Positions 51,519 to 61,321 of a DNA stretch of 64,000 bases are shown here, piece by piece. Origin of the DNA: Oligoflexales bacterium. Its GTDB lineage: Bacteria > Bdellovibrionota_B > Oligoflexia > Oligoflexales > Bog-1112. The position numbers and the translations under genes were made by a program. The notes under the pieces are model-generated. The model was not told the DNA's origin and made no database searches. It worked only from the letters and a program-made list of their open reading frames with translations. Within the stretch, counting starts at the first letter, position 1. Every line of letters starts with the position of its first letter. Where the stretch lies: the NCBI GenBank assembly GCA_045105515.1, contig JBGCDR010000156.1, forward strand, positions 66,061 to 130,060, in the 5' to 3' direction.

Positions 51519-52868
51519 TTATAGATAACGGGCTGCAAGAGACGCTAATTCGCTCCTTTCTCCTTGTTTAAAAGTCACATGCGAAGCGATAGAGGAGTTT
51601 TTAAACCTCTCTATGACATAAGTCAGGCCATTATTAGTGGAATCGATGTATGGATTATCGATCTGATAAGGGTCCCCAGTTAATACAACTTTTGTCCCCT
51701 CTCCCGCTCTGGTCAAGATGGTTTTAATCTCATGTGGTGTAAGATTTTGAGACTCATCTACCACAAAAAATGAATTTGGTAGCGAACGCCCTCTTATATA
51801 AGTTAGGGGCTCAACTGCAAGCATGCCTTGATCTATAAGCTCTTGATAACTTTTGCTAATTCTCTTTTGCCTCGAAGGTATGCCTCCACTTAACAGAAAA
51901 TCAAGACTATCATAGATAGGTTGCATCCAAGGGTTTAACTTTTCTTCCAAATCTCCGGGGAGAAACCCCAAATCCTTACCCAAAGCAAAGATTGGCCTCG
52001 CTACTAATAACTTCTGATAAATATCTTCGTCGGTGGTTTTGGCTAGGCCAGAGGCAATCGCAAGTAGGGTCTTGCCGGTGCCAGCTCCTCCAGTCAAGGT
52101 GACCAATTTAATACGTTCATCTAAAAGCGCACATAAACCAAAAGTCTGCTCCAAGTTCCTAGGGTATATACCCCAGACACTATCTGAACCCGAATCAATC
52201 ATTTTGATAGCCGACAGGTCCGAGTCATATACTCCACACACGTACTGACTAGGATCATTTTCCTCCTCAAGAACAACAAACTCATTAGGATGAAACTGGT
52301 CATCTAAGCGAACTTCACGTTCCGTATAGAAGTCATTAATGACACTAGCATCCACTTTGAGGTAACGAATCCCTGTATAGAGATGGGAAATATCTACCTT
52401 ATCTGCCTCAAAATCTTCAGATGCGATCCCAAAGGCATCTGACTTGATCCGCAAGTTTGAGTCTTTAGTAATGATGGAAACTTTTCGACCGTCACCGAAT
52501 TTTTTTTGCAGAGTTAGCCCAATTGCTAAAATATGATTATCTGTGCTGTCTTCGAGAAGCCCAGGAAGAATCTCCATATCGATTCCAAGATATACGAACA
52601 AGAGACCAGAATCAGCTTTGTCTGCAAACAGTGGAATCCCTGTAGATAATGTGCCTCGCTTTCTTAATTTATCTAAGATTCGGGAAACTTCTCTTGCATT
52701 TCTACCTGTTTCGCTCTGATCCTTTTTAAAATGATCAATTTCCTCAATCACCGAAATAGGAATGACCACATCGTTTTCTTCAAATTTGAAGATACTGTTA
52801 GGGTCACTCAACAGAATATTCGTATCCAGAATAAAAACTTTCTTCAATCCGGTTGCCTCCAAATTCAC
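51519..52868 (-). CDS. PIN-domain PhoH-family ATPase (PhoH2/YlaK type)
   Basis: PIN ILDTNILL..EEID..DNHIL..TKD; GGAGTGKT, GFLPGD, YIRGRS, DESQN, GDPYQID, RSELA. Confidence 0.93.
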   Translation of the reverse strand: MNLEATGLKKVFILDTNILLSDPNSIFKFEENDVVIPISVIEEIDHFKKDQSETGRNAREVSRILDKLRKRGTLSTGIPLFADKADSGLLFVYLGIDMEILPGLLEDSTDNHILAIGLTLQKKFGDGRKVSIITKDSNLRIKSDAFGIASEDFEADKVDISHLYTGIRYLKVDASVINDFYTEREVRLDDQFHPNEFVVLEEENDPSQYVCGVYDSDLSAIKMIDSGSDSVWGIYPRNLEQTFGLCALLDERIKLVTLTGGAGTGKTLLAIASGLAKTTDEDIYQKLLVARPIFALGKDLGFLPGDLEEKLNPWMQPIYDSLDFLLSGGIPSRQKRISKSYQELIDQGMLAVEPLTYIRGRSLPNSFFVVDESQNLTPHEIKTILTRAGEGTKVVLTGDPYQIDNPYIDSTNNGLTYVIERFKNSSIASHVTFKQGERSELASLAARYL

Positions 52869-53178
52869 AGGCTGACTGTCTGTATCTATTAATCAGGCTT
52901 TCTTAACCATTCAAAGTGAGCAAGATATCACCACTAGGCCAAAAGACACCTATATCGGGATTATATAATGCCTTTCAGATAAAGATAAATGAAAACTCAA
53001 GGAATATTTTTTTCCCCATACTTGGAAAAATTTATCGCCTACACTACAATATCAGTAGACACTATGTTTTTAAGCAACATCAGCGGTGACTGGCACAATG
53101 TTTTATCTATCGAAGCAAATCTTCAATGGAAGATCAATGAGCCGGAGTTATTAAGTCGCTTAACTACATGATAACCCT

Positions 53179-53559
53179 TTGATAGAGCGTGAAATGTCTG
53201 ACCTACCTGGTATTCTTATCGTCGACGATGAAGTTGACTTAGGTGAAATTCTAGCGGACTACCTCGAAGATGACTTCGAGTGTACTGTTTGCTCAAACCC
53301 TGTGAATGCCATAAAACTAATCAAAGAAAATACTTATGATTTGGTCATATCAGACATGCATATGCCTAATGTCAATGGTTTTGAGATTATTGAATTGGTA
53401 AAAAAAGTGCAGCCAGACACTCCCATCATCTTGCTGACTGGTAACTCAAAAAACGACCCGATTGTCCAAGAAGCTATTGCAAAGGGAGCAAGCGGTATAA
53501 TAACAAAGCCTTTCAATTCCCCTGATGAAGTTTTAGAATATCTTAAAAAATTTATTTAA
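53179..53559 (+). CDS. Single-domain response regulator (REC)
   Basis: IVDDE, ISDMHMP..NG, LLTG, TKPF. Confidence 0.92.
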   Translation: MIEREMSDLPGILIVDDEVDLGEILADYLEDDFECTVCSNPVNAIKLIKENTYDLVISDMHMPNVNGFEIIELVKKVQPDTPIILLTGNSKNDPIVQEAIAKGASGIITKPFNSPDEVLEYLKKFI

Positions 53560-53607
53560 TCGCCAGACGTAAATTCTGAAAATTAGGCAAATTATCTAGG
53601 GGGGCTT

Positions 53608-55902
53608 ATGCCCGAATCTCATTCTATGCTTGAAGAGCTCAGTAGAGAATATCAAAAACAGCACAAAAAAAATAAGGTGATTCTTACTTTCAATCAGTTT
53701 ATTAGTCTTGTGCAGGAGCAGCCTCGCAAGTATATCCGCAATTCATGGAAGTATATTCTTGACACCATGGATTACTTTGGAACCAGAGAAGCCTCCTCCT
53801 ATGGTATCGATATTCCACAGCGATTTAAGCTGTTTGATATTGGCACAGAAGAAAAAATACCTATTATTAGCGGTGAGCAAGCACAATCTGAAGTCCACAG
53901 TATTTTAAAGAGTTTCAACAAAAGTGCGCATGGCTTAAAGCTCATACTCTTGCATGGACCTAATGGCTCAGCCAAGACGTCTACCATAGAAACTATTGCC
54001 AATGGGATGCAGATTTACAGCCAACAGAGCGAAGGTGCCATCTATCGATTTAACTGGATATTCCCAGCCGATCGCGAAGCATTACCGCAAGGGCATGGTG
54101 ACTCTGGCACTATTGGCTTCGGCAGTGACAAAAACAACCCTGAACCTCATAAAGAATCTTATGCGCTTCTCGAAGACAACAAAATTGCTTCAAAACTGAT
54201 ATCTGAATACAAAGAAAACCCACTTTTTCTAGTACCCATGCCATACCGCGAAGAGATGCTTAGATCTTGGCTTAGCGCTAAAGAAGGGGTCAAACCCGAA
54301 GATATAGACCTACCATCACATATTTTAGAAAGCGGGCTATCTAAAAAAAATCACCAAATATTTGAAAATCTACTCAATGTATATGGAGGAAACCTTGCAA
54401 AGGTTTTTCGACATATACAAGTGGAGCGAGTGTTTTTCTCTAAACAATATCGAGTCGGCCTGTCCACCGTAGAGCCTCAAATGTCAATCGACGCCCATGA
54501 AAAGCAATTAACACTCGACAAGAACTATTCAAGCCTGCCTACAGTACTTCACACGATTTCGTTCTACCAATCCGAGGGCGAATTAGTAGAAGCTAATCGC
54601 GGAATGTTAGAGTTCTCAGACTTGCTCAAACGGCCCATAGAAAGTTTTAAATACCTCCTGAACACCATAGAGAAAAGCTCTATCAATCTTAGTTCAGGTA
54701 CTGCTAATTTAGATATTACTTTTTTCGGTACAACAAATGAAAAACACTTGGATTCATTTAAAACTATTCCAGATTTCAGTTCATTCAAAGGACGCATGGA
54801 ATTAGTTACCGTTCCTTATTTATTACTACCGAATCTGGAAGCTAAAATTTATAGCCCAGATATAAAAGCTATCACCAAAGTTAAAAAAATAGCTCCACAT
54901 TCCATTGAAACACTGTGCAACTGGGCTGTAATGACTCGTCTAAAGCAACCAGATCCTGAGCAGTATCCACAAGAAATGCGCCCTCTTGTTGCTAAACTAG
55001 ACCCCTATTCGAAGGTTCTCCTGTATGAAGGAAAAAATCTTCAACCAGTTTTTACAATTGAAGAACAAAACTCAATCTTTGAAGTGCGAGAAAAGGTCTG
55101 GAAAGAGTCTCAAGGTATGGTGGTTTATGAAGGGCGCTTTGGCGCGTCACCTCGAGAAATTCGTTCACTTCTCCATCGGGCTGCCAACAATAAGAATCAT
55201 GAAACCTTAACACCTATCGCAATTTTTGAAGAACTGGAAAAACTTACAAAAGACCGTACAATATATGAATTTTTACAGTTTGAACCAAGAGCTCAGTACC
55301 ATGATGCCGCATTGTTTATCGACATATTGAAAGAACAATTTGTTATGGAATTCGAAACAGAAATCATCGGTTCCATGTCAATGGCCAATGAAGAGGAATA
55401 TGATAACCTCTTAAAACGCTACATCGATAATGTAGTTGCTGAAATCAAAAAAGAAAAGATTTTTGACTCGATCACCAGCGCATACATCAATCCATCACAA
55501 GCGATTATGGAGCAAGTAGAAGATATACTAAAAATTGATAAACAAAAAGATATACATCGCAATTCTCTGCTAAGTCGCATTGCTGCATTTAAGCTCGAAA
55601 ACCCAGATTCAAAGATTATTGTTGCAGATGTGTTTTATGACTATTTGGCTAAAATTAAAAAGCACTATTATTTAGAGAAACAATCAATCATTGAACATAT
55701 CTATCAGGTGATGCTGGCACTGGCTCAAGATGACACAAAAAGCTTTGACGAAGAAGATGTCAAAACTGCAAAACAAACCTTCGATGAAATGCAAAAAAAG
55801 TATCAGTATGATTTTTCCTCGACCGTTAGTTGCCTGAAATTCTTAGTTCAGCATAAGAAAATCAGTAAGGCTCAAGAAAGAAAAGATACAACGAAAAAGT
55901 GA
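53608..55902 (+). CDS. PrkA/YeaG-family AAA+ serine protein kinase
   Basis: LLHGPNGSAKTS, GELVEANRGMLEFSDLLKRP, TTNE, VPYLL, IAPH, EGRFGASPRE. Confidence 0.88.
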   Translation: MPESHSMLEELSREYQKQHKKNKVILTFNQFISLVQEQPRKYIRNSWKYILDTMDYFGTREASSYGIDIPQRFKLFDIGTEEKIPIISGEQAQSEVHSILKSFNKSAHGLKLILLHGPNGSAKTSTIETIANGMQIYSQQSEGAIYRFNWIFPADREALPQGHGDSGTIGFGSDKNNPEPHKESYALLEDNKIASKLISEYKENPLFLVPMPYREEMLRSWLSAKEGVKPEDIDLPSHILESGLSKKNHQIFENLLNVYGGNLAKVFRHIQVERVFFSKQYRVGLSTVEPQMSIDAHEKQLTLDKNYSSLPTVLHTISFYQSEGELVEANRGMLEFSDLLKRPIESFKYLLNTIEKSSINLSSGTANLDITFFGTTNEKHLDSFKTIPDFSSFKGRMELVTVPYLLLPNLEAKIYSPDIKAITKVKKIAPHSIETLCNWAVMTRLKQPDPEQYPQEMRPLVAKLDPYSKVLLYEGKNLQPVFTIEEQNSIFEVREKVWKESQGMVVYEGRFGASPREIRSLLHRAANNKNHETLTPIAIFEELEKLTKDRTIYEFLQFEPRAQYHDAALFIDILKEQFVMEFETEIIGSMSMANEEEYDNLLKRYIDNVVAEIKKEKIFDSITSAYINPSQAIMEQVEDILKIDKQKDIHRNSLLSRIAAFKLENPDSKIIVADVFYDYLAKIKKHYYLEKQSIIEHIYQVMLALAQDDTKSFDEEDVKTAKQTFDEMQKKYQYDFSSTVSCLKFLVQHKKISKAQERKDTTKK

Positions 55903-56135
55903 AACCAAAGAAAAGGTTTCTTCCTAACTACTATTCCGGGCCTTCCGGGAAATACTTGCCCCTCTTGAAAGCCTCCGATAAAAACTCTCAATATTAAGCC
56001 TATATAGAGTTCTTAATTTTCAATTATCCCAATAGCTAATCTCTTCTGCTATTCAATTACAGGCCTTTTCATCCTTGTACCCAACTGGACTATTTTATAT
56101 GTATTAGAGGATTCAGCGCCCAATGATTTTATTTT

Positions 56136-56912
56136 TTGGCTGATAAAAAGGAGATCCATTTGAGTCATATTTTATGCGTCATACCCGCTCGCATGCAGTC
56201 TACCCGCCTTCCTCAAAAGCCTATGGCAATGATCGGAGATAAACCTCTTATTCTTCATACTTATGAAGCTGCCAAAAAATGTTCTTCGATTGATGAATTG
56301 GTAGTAGCTACGGATCATGAAGAAATCGCCAAACTCATCACTAAACATGGTGGTAAAGCAATCATGACACCATCAGATCTAAATACAGGGAGTGACCGGG
56401 TAGCATTTGTCGCAGAGTCTATAGACTGCGATGTGGTTATAAACCTCCAAGGTGACGAACCTTTTATCAAACCCCAGGTTCTTTCAGACTTAACAGAGCC
56501 ATTCACCAAAGACCCAAATCTACTAATGAGTACAGTTGCCTCTCCGCTCAACTGGGAACAGGATCACCAAAACCCCGACTTGGTTAAGGCTCTATGTGAC
56601 AAGCAAGGATATGCACTCTATTTTTCCAGATCGCCGATACCTTTCTTAAGACAAAATTCTCACAGGGATTTACTACCTGTATACAAACATATGGGACTTT
56701 ATGCTTTCCGCAAAGAATTTCTCCTCAAATACACCAAACTAGAACAAACCCCGTGTGAGCAAGCAGAAGCACTTGAACAACTCAGAGCTCTTGAGAATGG
56801 AATTAAAATTAGGGTAGTTGTTAGCCAACATAGATCAGTAGAAGTTAATACTCCTGCAGAACTAGAAGAAGCAAGAGAATATTGGATGAAACAAAATAAG
56901 GTACTGGGTTAA
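56136..56912 (+). CDS. kdsB: 3-deoxy-manno-octulosonate cytidylyltransferase
   Basis: IPARMQSTRLPQKP, VATD, TGSDR, NLQGDEP, LYFSRSPIP, HMGLYA, EALEQLRALE. Confidence 0.96.
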   Translation: MADKKEIHLSHILCVIPARMQSTRLPQKPMAMIGDKPLILHTYEAAKKCSSIDELVVATDHEEIAKLITKHGGKAIMTPSDLNTGSDRVAFVAESIDCDVVINLQGDEPFIKPQVLSDLTEPFTKDPNLLMSTVASPLNWEQDHQNPDLVKALCDKQGYALYFSRSPIPFLRQNSHRDLLPVYKHMGLYAFRKEFLLKYTKLEQTPCEQAEALEQLRALENGIKIRVVVSQHRSVEVNTPAELEEAREYWMKQNKVLG

Positions 56913-58432
56913 CACTCATAGAATGCTTCCATGAGTTTTTCTGCTGCTTTTTTAGCATCCTCATGAGCAACGTAAATTCTTTCAATATTTGTGGTATTTG
57001 CGCTCTTTGTAATATTGGAAAAATCTTCTATTGGAACAACCCGGGGTAATTGTTTTCCATCTTTTTTAATTAGCCTTAAATAGTTTGGACTTTTAGCACC
57101 CTTCTTACGTGGCCTTAATTTAGTAATATAAGTTTTAGATGAAACAGACTCGAAAAAAATACCTATTTTACTAAGAACTTGTTCTGCTTGTTCTAAATCT
57201 TTATTGCTATTTTGTCCTGCAAGAGACTCAGAAATTTCATAAATCCGTTTCCAAAGCTTCCGCCTATAAAGAAGGTCATCTAAGGTTTGATGGGCCTTTT
57301 CCTTAGCATGTTCTTCACAATGGGATTCGACTGCGCTTTTAAGTTTATCCATCAAATTCCATTCATCGACTTTGATATATGAATCTAAATCTGCTGGTAA
57401 ATGCCAAGCTTTAATAGAACGGTTCACAGACTGAAACATAGCTTCACATGCCACTGAGGTCTTATGAAAATAAAGCTGAATGTACATGGACTGCCGAGCT
57501 CGCAAGTAGTCTTCAAATGCAGCTAAACCAGAAAATTGAATTGCAAGGTGAAGCAACTCTTCTTTTGGATCAAAGTATAGTGAGAGAGAATCTAAAATTC
57601 GTTCCGCATCAAAAATTCCATAGACCACTCCACATTCTTTGGAATCTCTCCTGAGATAGTCCATCCTATCTATATCAATCTCACCTGAAATTAGTTCATG
57701 GCAGAGGTGCCGAGCACAATATGTTTCTAAAGGAGATCCTTTTTCCGGACTTATTGTAGGAGCAATGATACTCACTACATCTTGCGCTGATACTTTAAGT
57801 TCCAGAGTAGGATAATCTTGATAAACATCACGCAACAATCGATACATCAACAATACCGTATAGACTTCATGGGAAACTGGGCTTAATTCGCGATCTTCCT
57901 GCTTAAGATCATCTGATAAAGTATCTAAATAACCTTCCAGGAATGGAGGAAGGTCCTTCATTCCTTTCTTTAACTCAGACAAACATGGGAGAAAGCGTTC
58001 TCCACTATGAGAAAATGGGGGATGTCCAATATCATGGCAAAGAGCTGCTAATCTTAATGTTTGCAGAATATAGTCATTAGAAAATATACTTTCTAAACAT
58101 GAAAAGGTTGGATAAAGAATGCCATGAGCCTCCTCCCCCTCTTCAATTCTTTCTTTAGTCGAAAAACTAGGAATTTTTTCACAACTTGCTCTTAATCTTT
58201 TTTGATTTTCCCAAATCTTCATCCATGCTTTTCCAGCTAGGTGCATAGTTCCCAATGAATGCTCAAAACGTGTATGAGAAGCCCCCGGAAAAACGAAAGA
58301 AAGGAATGCTGTCTGCTTAATCCGTCTTAATCTTTGAAAGATTGGATGTGCAATCACTTTGTCCTCGAGCATGGAGACATCTATCGAGCCATGTAGGTTT
58401 CCTCGAACTCTTCTGACTATTTCAAGAGCCAT
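56909..58432 (-). CDS. HD-domain phosphohydrolase (SAMHD1/dNTP triphosphohydrolase-like)
   Basis: FQRLRRIKQ, PGASHTRFEHSLG, HDIGHPPFSH, DIDRMDYL.RD, MY..LYFHK. Confidence 0.9.
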   Translation of the reverse strand: MALEIVRRVRGNLHGSIDVSMLEDKVIAHPIFQRLRRIKQTAFLSFVFPGASHTRFEHSLGTMHLAGKAWMKIWENQKRLRASCEKIPSFSTKERIEEGEEAHGILYPTFSCLESIFSNDYILQTLRLAALCHDIGHPPFSHSGERFLPCLSELKKGMKDLPPFLEGYLDTLSDDLKQEDRELSPVSHEVYTVLLMYRLLRDVYQDYPTLELKVSAQDVVSIIAPTISPEKGSPLETYCARHLCHELISGEIDIDRMDYLRRDSKECGVVYGIFDAERILDSLSLYFDPKEELLHLAIQFSGLAAFEDYLRARQSMYIQLYFHKTSVACEAMFQSVNRSIKAWHLPADLDSYIKVDEWNLMDKLKSAVESHCEEHAKEKAHQTLDDLLYRRKLWKRIYEISESLAGQNSNKDLEQAEQVLSKIGIFFESVSSKTYITKLRPRKKGAKSPNYLRLIKKDGKQLPRVVPIEDFSNITKSANTTNIERIYVAHEDAKKAAEKLMEAFYEC

Positions 58433-58444
58433 ATATTCACCTTA

Positions 58445-59566
58445 TTAAGACAAACTATTATCATCATAGTATGCTCCAACAATATCCTTTAAAAATCTGA
58501 TTTTTCTTAGCTTGAGCTCGGCTTTTAACTCAGTCAAAAGCTCATAAACTACAAAAGGACCTCTGTATATCAAAGCTGTGTATATCTGAACAGCACTCGC
58601 TCCACGAATCATCTTTTGAAAAATATCACCACCTGACAAGATACCTCCACAACCTATCATCAGAAGATTTCCACGATGTACTTCATGGGCCCACTCAAGA
58701 CATTGTGTCGATTTCACACTCAGTGGATGACCGCTTTGGCCACCACTATGGGGAAACTCTACCCGATGAGTATTGGTCAAGACAATTCCTGCGAATTTTT
58801 GCATAACTATTGCTTCCACGACCTCTTGGAAGTCTGACTTTTTCATATCTGGATCTAGTTTGATCCAGATATCTGAAATCTTACCAGCTCTTTCGCTGCG
58901 TATGCAAGTTGCTAGCTCTTCTATAAATTCTTTTGAACTAAGGCTCCTCAAACCAGGCGTATTAGGTGATGAAATGTTAACTACGAAATATTTGCCTAGC
59001 CCCTCAAGATCTCTAATTGCTGAAATATAGTCGTTTACTGCTTGGTCGAGACTGGTATCCTTATTTTTCCCTACATTTATTCCTACGGGGAATGAAATAT
59101 GATTGAGCTGGCTTTTGAAATTTTGGGAAAATTGCTCACATCCAACATTATTAAAACCCATTCGGTTTACAAGAGCATTTTGCTCAGTCTGACGAAATAA
59201 CCTTGGTTTTTGATTACCACTTTGAGGTAACGGGGTCACAGTTCCAGTTTCAATCCATGCAAATCCCATGGTACCTAAGCCGATTAAATTTTCGGCATTT
59301 TTGTCAAAGCCTGCTGCCAATCCTATTGGATGCTCAAACCTTCCCACACCATCTAAATCTATTCCCAAACTTATTTCTTGATGACTATCAATAGGTGGTT
59401 TAATGGTTTTTAATATCCCTCGTTTCAATAGCTGCATCCCGAGGTGATGAGATAGCTCTGGAGGTAAACTACGCAAGCATGCAGTACCAAATTTTCCAAT
59501 ATAGTTAGAAAAATAAGGCGTTAAAGCACCCAAACCAGGTTTAGCGACCCGCTCAATAGATTCCAT
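58445..59566 (-). CDS. pyrD: Quinone-dependent dihydroorotate dehydrogenase (class 2)
   Basis: GLAAGFDKN, GTVTP..Q.GN.KPRLFR, NRMGFNN, NVGKNK, NISSPNTPGLR. Confidence 0.95.
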   Translation of the reverse strand: MESIERVAKPGLGALTPYFSNYIGKFGTACLRSLPPELSHHLGMQLLKRGILKTIKPPIDSHQEISLGIDLDGVGRFEHPIGLAAGFDKNAENLIGLGTMGFAWIETGTVTPLPQSGNQKPRLFRQTEQNALVNRMGFNNVGCEQFSQNFKSQLNHISFPVGINVGKNKDTSLDQAVNDYISAIRDLEGLGKYFVVNISSPNTPGLRSLSSKEFIEELATCIRSERAGKISDIWIKLDPDMKKSDFQEVVEAIVMQKFAGIVLTNTHRVEFPHSGGQSGHPLSVKSTQCLEWAHEVHRGNLLMIGCGGILSGGDIFQKMIRGASAVQIYTALIYRGPFVVYELLTELKAELKLRKIRFLKDIVGAYYDDNSLS

Positions 59567-59584
59567 AATTTTTCAGCCTGTTGA

Positions 59585-59965
59585 TTACTTTTGATCTTCA
59601 CTTAAAAAAGAAGTGACACGTTCCACGAGGTCTTTAGGATGAAATGGCTTTCGAATATAGCCTCTAGCCCCTAACTTAATTCCCTGCAAGACCACGCTTT
59701 CCTGCGCCAATGCGGTGAGCATAACGACTGGTATGTCTTTAGTCAATTGATTACTCTTAACCTTCCTTAAAACTTGTAGGCCATCAATACCTGGCATCAT
59801 AATATCAAGCAATATTAGTTGAGGCTTAAGACCTCCATCTAATTTTTCGAGAGCCTCTTCTCCAGTATCAGCCGTGCTTACATGATGCCCATTTTTTTCA
59901 AGGACAATCTTAACTAGCCTTTGGATATGCTCTTCATCTTCTACGACTAAAACTTCGCTCATCAT
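59585..59965 (-). CDS. Single-domain response regulator (REC)
   Basis: VVEDE, LLDIMMPGIDG, MLTA, KPF. Confidence 0.93.
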   Translation of the reverse strand: MMSEVLVVEDEEHIQRLVKIVLEKNGHHVSTADTGEEALEKLDGGLKPQLILLDIMMPGIDGLQVLRKVKSNQLTKDIPVVMLTALAQESVVLQGIKLGARGYIRKPFHPKDLVERVTSFLSEDQK

Positions 59966-59980
59966 TCTTCCTAAGTATTA

Positions 59981-61231
59981 TCAGCCTGTTCGCGATTGAT
60001 TAAGGCTAACCTGATGCTCAGAATCTAACTCTATAGGTAGAATAAACCTAAATAAGCCACTGCGTCCTGCCCCTCTTATAAACCGTAAACTTCCACCATG
60101 CTGCTCACAAATACAGCGAGAAATATACAAGCCTACTCCCAAACCTCTTTTTATTTTTTTCATTCCTCTATCAAGAGGTCCTTGAAAAAATCTGAGAAAA
60201 ATCAGCTCTTCTGCACCTTGAGATACTCCAACGCCATCATCCTCTACATCCACAACTACTGAATCTTCAGATTGATAGAGTGTCATGCTGACTTTACCAT
60301 GGCCAGAATACATAACTGCGTTTTTAACAACTTCTAATATAGCATTACGTATGAGTGGAGAATGACCTTTAATCATCAAATGTTGATCAGAAGGTTTGCG
60401 AAAGCTAATGTTAAGCTGATTATTTATACCTATGGGCACAGACCACTTTTCTGACTCTTTTTTTACAATATCACAAACCTCAGAACATACCTCACCCATG
60501 TCAATAGATTCAATAGCTCTTGAGTTATCATCAGGACTCCAATGCATCTTAAAAAGATCGGTAAGCTTACTTACAGCTTTGAGAGCCTTGTTGGACTCTT
60601 CTAATATAGTTTTACTATAATCACTAATCTGACTTTTTTCTGGACTATCTTTTGGATCTGAAAGCAATTCAGCATAGCCAACAACCGATGTTAATGGAGT
60701 TCGCAGCTCGTGATCAACCATTAGTTGGAGATCAATAGTAACCCTTTCCATCTGCTCAAGATTATGTGCTTCACTCACAAAATGACGCATTTCACCCTGA
60801 TCTATAAAGGCACAAATCCCTGCACCTAAAGCCTCCAAAGGTCCATCTAAATCACCAATTTTTGTTCGCTTTCCTACAGCATTCCTAACCACAAAGATTA
60901 GCTTTGTTGCTGACCATTCCTGCACTGGGAAATAAAAACTTACTCCCTTAGGCCATATTTTCCTAGTATCTGTCTGAAAAGGTGGCTTAATCCAACCAAC
61001 AGGCAACCCTGCTCCCTTTCTAGGTGTATAATCAGAGGAAAAGGTTGCAGTAGGAGGCCAAGGTTTTTCTCCTTCTAATTCTGAGCCTAATACAAAGATT
61101 AGTTTTTTTCCGAGTAGTCGATAAACTGCAGCCGAAACATAACCATAATGTTTAGTAACCTGAGTAAATGTATCTTGGTCGTAACTAGTTATATTTCTTA
61201 ATATCTCATGACTCATATAGGAGTTCACCAC
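59981..61231 (-). CDS. Cytoplasmic sensor histidine kinase
   Basis: H-box DHELRTPLTS, KNAVMY, DDGVG, IFLRF, GLGVGL; no TM segment. Confidence 0.9.
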   Translation of the reverse strand: MVNSYMSHEILRNITSYDQDTFTQVTKHYGYVSAAVYRLLGKKLIFVLGSELEGEKPWPPTATFSSDYTPRKGAGLPVGWIKPPFQTDTRKIWPKGVSFYFPVQEWSATKLIFVVRNAVGKRTKIGDLDGPLEALGAGICAFIDQGEMRHFVSEAHNLEQMERVTIDLQLMVDHELRTPLTSVVGYAELLSDPKDSPEKSQISDYSKTILEESNKALKAVSKLTDLFKMHWSPDDNSRAIESIDMGEVCSEVCDIVKKESEKWSVPIGINNQLNISFRKPSDQHLMIKGHSPLIRNAILEVVKNAVMYSGHGKVSMTLYQSEDSVVVDVEDDGVGVSQGAEELIFLRFFQGPLDRGMKKIKRGLGVGLYISRCICEQHGGSLRFIRGAGRSGLFRFILPIELDSEHQVSLNQSRTG

Positions 61232-61264
61232 TTTAAACTTGAGTTGCGTTTCTCTATGAGGACT

Positions 61265-61291
61265 TAATCGGTTTCAAATGAAAATACCTTA
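61265..61291 (-). promoter_or_regulatory. Sigma28/FliA-type promoter of the kinase-regulator-pyrD-HD operon
   Basis: TAAG-N15-ACCGATTA, about 35 bp upstream of the kinase ORF. Confidence 0.45.
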
Positions 61292-61321
61292 GTAAATAAA
61301 AGTCTGCACAGGAGATATATT

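Noticed and set aside
52989..53171. 60-aa ORF between phoH and the response regulator
   Set aside because: No RBS or recognisable motif; lies in a divergent promoter region.
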